From: Oculina patagonica
Taxonomy: Eukaryota
Direction of reading: 5' to 3'
DNA: 64,000 nucleotides
Assembly: GCF_052425735.1 (NCBI RefSeq)
Contig: NC_135770.1
Coordinates: 37,758,001-37,822,000, forward strand
The notes beneath the pieces were generated by a model that saw nothing but the letters and a program-made list of their open reading frames with translations, was not told the DNA's origin and did not search any database. The translations under genes and the position numbers were made by a program. The number at the start of each line of letters is the position of its first letter. Position 1 is the first letter of the stretch. Positions 62,169-64,000 of the stretch are shown piece by piece.

Positions 62169-64000
62169 TATAAGGGTTTCTAACTTTATTGCATCAAGTC
62201 AGTATGTTTCAATCGAATTTAGATTCTCAATCAACAAATTCTTACATTACGCTTCCAGACCAGCGCTGTTTACTAGCAAGAGCAACCCGGAACTTTCGCA
62301 AAGTAGTTTCTGTAATACGTTGCAGTAGACATCTACTCAAGAAAGGCATATTAAAAGATTGATGCCATATCAATTTTCACTTGAAACACTTTCAACCCTA
62401 GAAAAACGAAATCGATTCAAGCAGAATGGTATTTTTACATTGTCTTGTTTTTCGATTGTCCTATCGATCAACCTAAATAAAATCGTTCTTATGGTCACTT
62501 ATTTTTAATTAGACAGTTTAATTTTAATAAAAGTTAAGTGACATGGACTCTGATCTATTTGCTTTGTAACGTATATTAACTACATTATCTTTTGCTGAAA
62601 ATAAAATATGGTCTGAATAGTCAAACGTTGGTGCGCGCTAAAATACTTTCGGCTCAATCCGGCATCAGGGAATTTTCAGAAAATGAATACAAATTTACAC
62701 CGTAATATTTGTTACAGTGCGTCAAACTAGATGCTCTTTAATTAAAATCTAGTTGAATGTCGTATTGACTTTAAAAGAACCAATTCAAATATTTCATTTT
62801 TATTCTCAGTATATTTGTATTAGCACACCACCATTGTCTTCGCTTGAAAATTAAAAAAATGTATATGCCAAGATTTTGTTTACGAGTATATGACATGAAA
62901 AGTCTCCTTGTCAAAAAGACTAATACAATGAAGTTTTATAACCTGACAGATTCATCCTTCAGCTTTTTAACAAAGAGACTCGTCAACGAAAAACTCGCCA
63001 ACTTCGACATGTTTTGTCGTACACAAACATGAGCAAAGCAAAGCTGTCACACAAACTTCCCATCCCGAACACGCAGGTCCGTGAACTTGTCGACGAAACT
63101 TTCAAACCGGAAAACTAAACTCCTGTGTGTTACATGTATGTCAGTTTTAGAAAAGAGAGAAATAGTAGTTTCAGATTATATTACAGGAAAATCGAAATAA
63201 AGCTTGTTTTATTTTACATGGCATTTGCCATGGAGAGAGATCAATAAACAACCGTAAATCCAACAGATCCAGCTATATATGTGAATACATGTCTAAGAGA
63301 CAAAATATAAGTAAAACGATTTGAAATTGTAGTTATATTGCAGTTCTAAACACCTTCTGGGTTCTGTGTTCTTTCTAAGTTTTACAATAGGATCTCCTGA
63401 TTCAAAAATATCAGCTCCAATTAGAGTTTCAGGGTAAGAATTTCAAATTTTAGCATTGAAGAATTATCTGGTGTTGTTTTCATTTTGTAGATCCTTCTTT
63501 TAGTGTGCTTCCTGTTAATGTATGTTGCATTAGGATGAATTCTTCCTCCGGAAGGATAGATTTTGGGCATAAGAGGAAACATTAAAGTTATTGAGCGCTT
63601 CATCCTTTATTAATTTGTAAAAATTCTCAACCGAAACACCATACCAACCCTTATGTTATGCCCCTGTGTTTATATCCAATAGGTGCTCTTTGAGGTGAAC
63701 TTTCCTTGTGATCGACAACTGCCAATCACGTCACACTGTGATGGGTTCTCTAAAAATCCAATCAAGCAAGTGAAACTTTCCAAGCTTCACCTGTCAGACA
63801 CTTACATTGAATATAAATAAGAGCAAAACAACAAAAAGAACTTTTATCATTTTGGCTCACGATCGGTTGTTCTGATCAGTCAAAAAACTTTACGAACTAC
63901 TGTTTCGGATTGAGATTTCTTTGTATCTAAAACAGCTCAAACGAATGATCTCGTACGTAGTGATCGAAACCTTGATCGCGAAATCTGACAAAACAGATTG

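Noticed and set aside
60800-64000. Short ORFs at the window end
   Set aside because: No motifs or consistent splice structure; appears to be intergenic or repeat-derived.

Overview
AT-rich, intron-containing animal DNA, most likely a stony coral or other anthozoan (inferred from gene content and repeat types, not proven). No rRNA, tRNA or CRISPR. Genes in order: (1) an intronless LicD/FKRP-like phosphotransferase; (2) a tandem cluster of three two-exon paralogues on the minus strand, each encoding signal peptide + long prodomain + RQKR furin site + a 74-76 aa mature domain with 14 invariant cysteines and a CGxG...CxEHDxCC motif, which I cannot assign to a named family and consider the main candidate new system; (3) a 10-exon hedgehog acyltransferase (HHAT); (4) a small 3-exon degenerate EF-hand protein; (5) an intronless TPM/MOLO-1 domain + TM + RING + Gly-rich-tail membrane protein; (6) 9-exon WDR92/DNAAF10; (7) an intronless REEP5/DP1-like gene. 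The rest is densely nested mobile DNA: an 8.4-kb Ngaro/DIRS retroelement with split direct repeats carrying an IS3EU-type foldback element, an Academ remnant, MULE-, hAT-, Kolobok-, Harbinger- and Tc1/mariner-type MITEs, Crypton-like hairpin repeats, L2 and Penelope fragments (one with a hammerhead-ribozyme-like motif) and SINEs. Exon boundaries and target-site duplications (TSDs) were read by eye.
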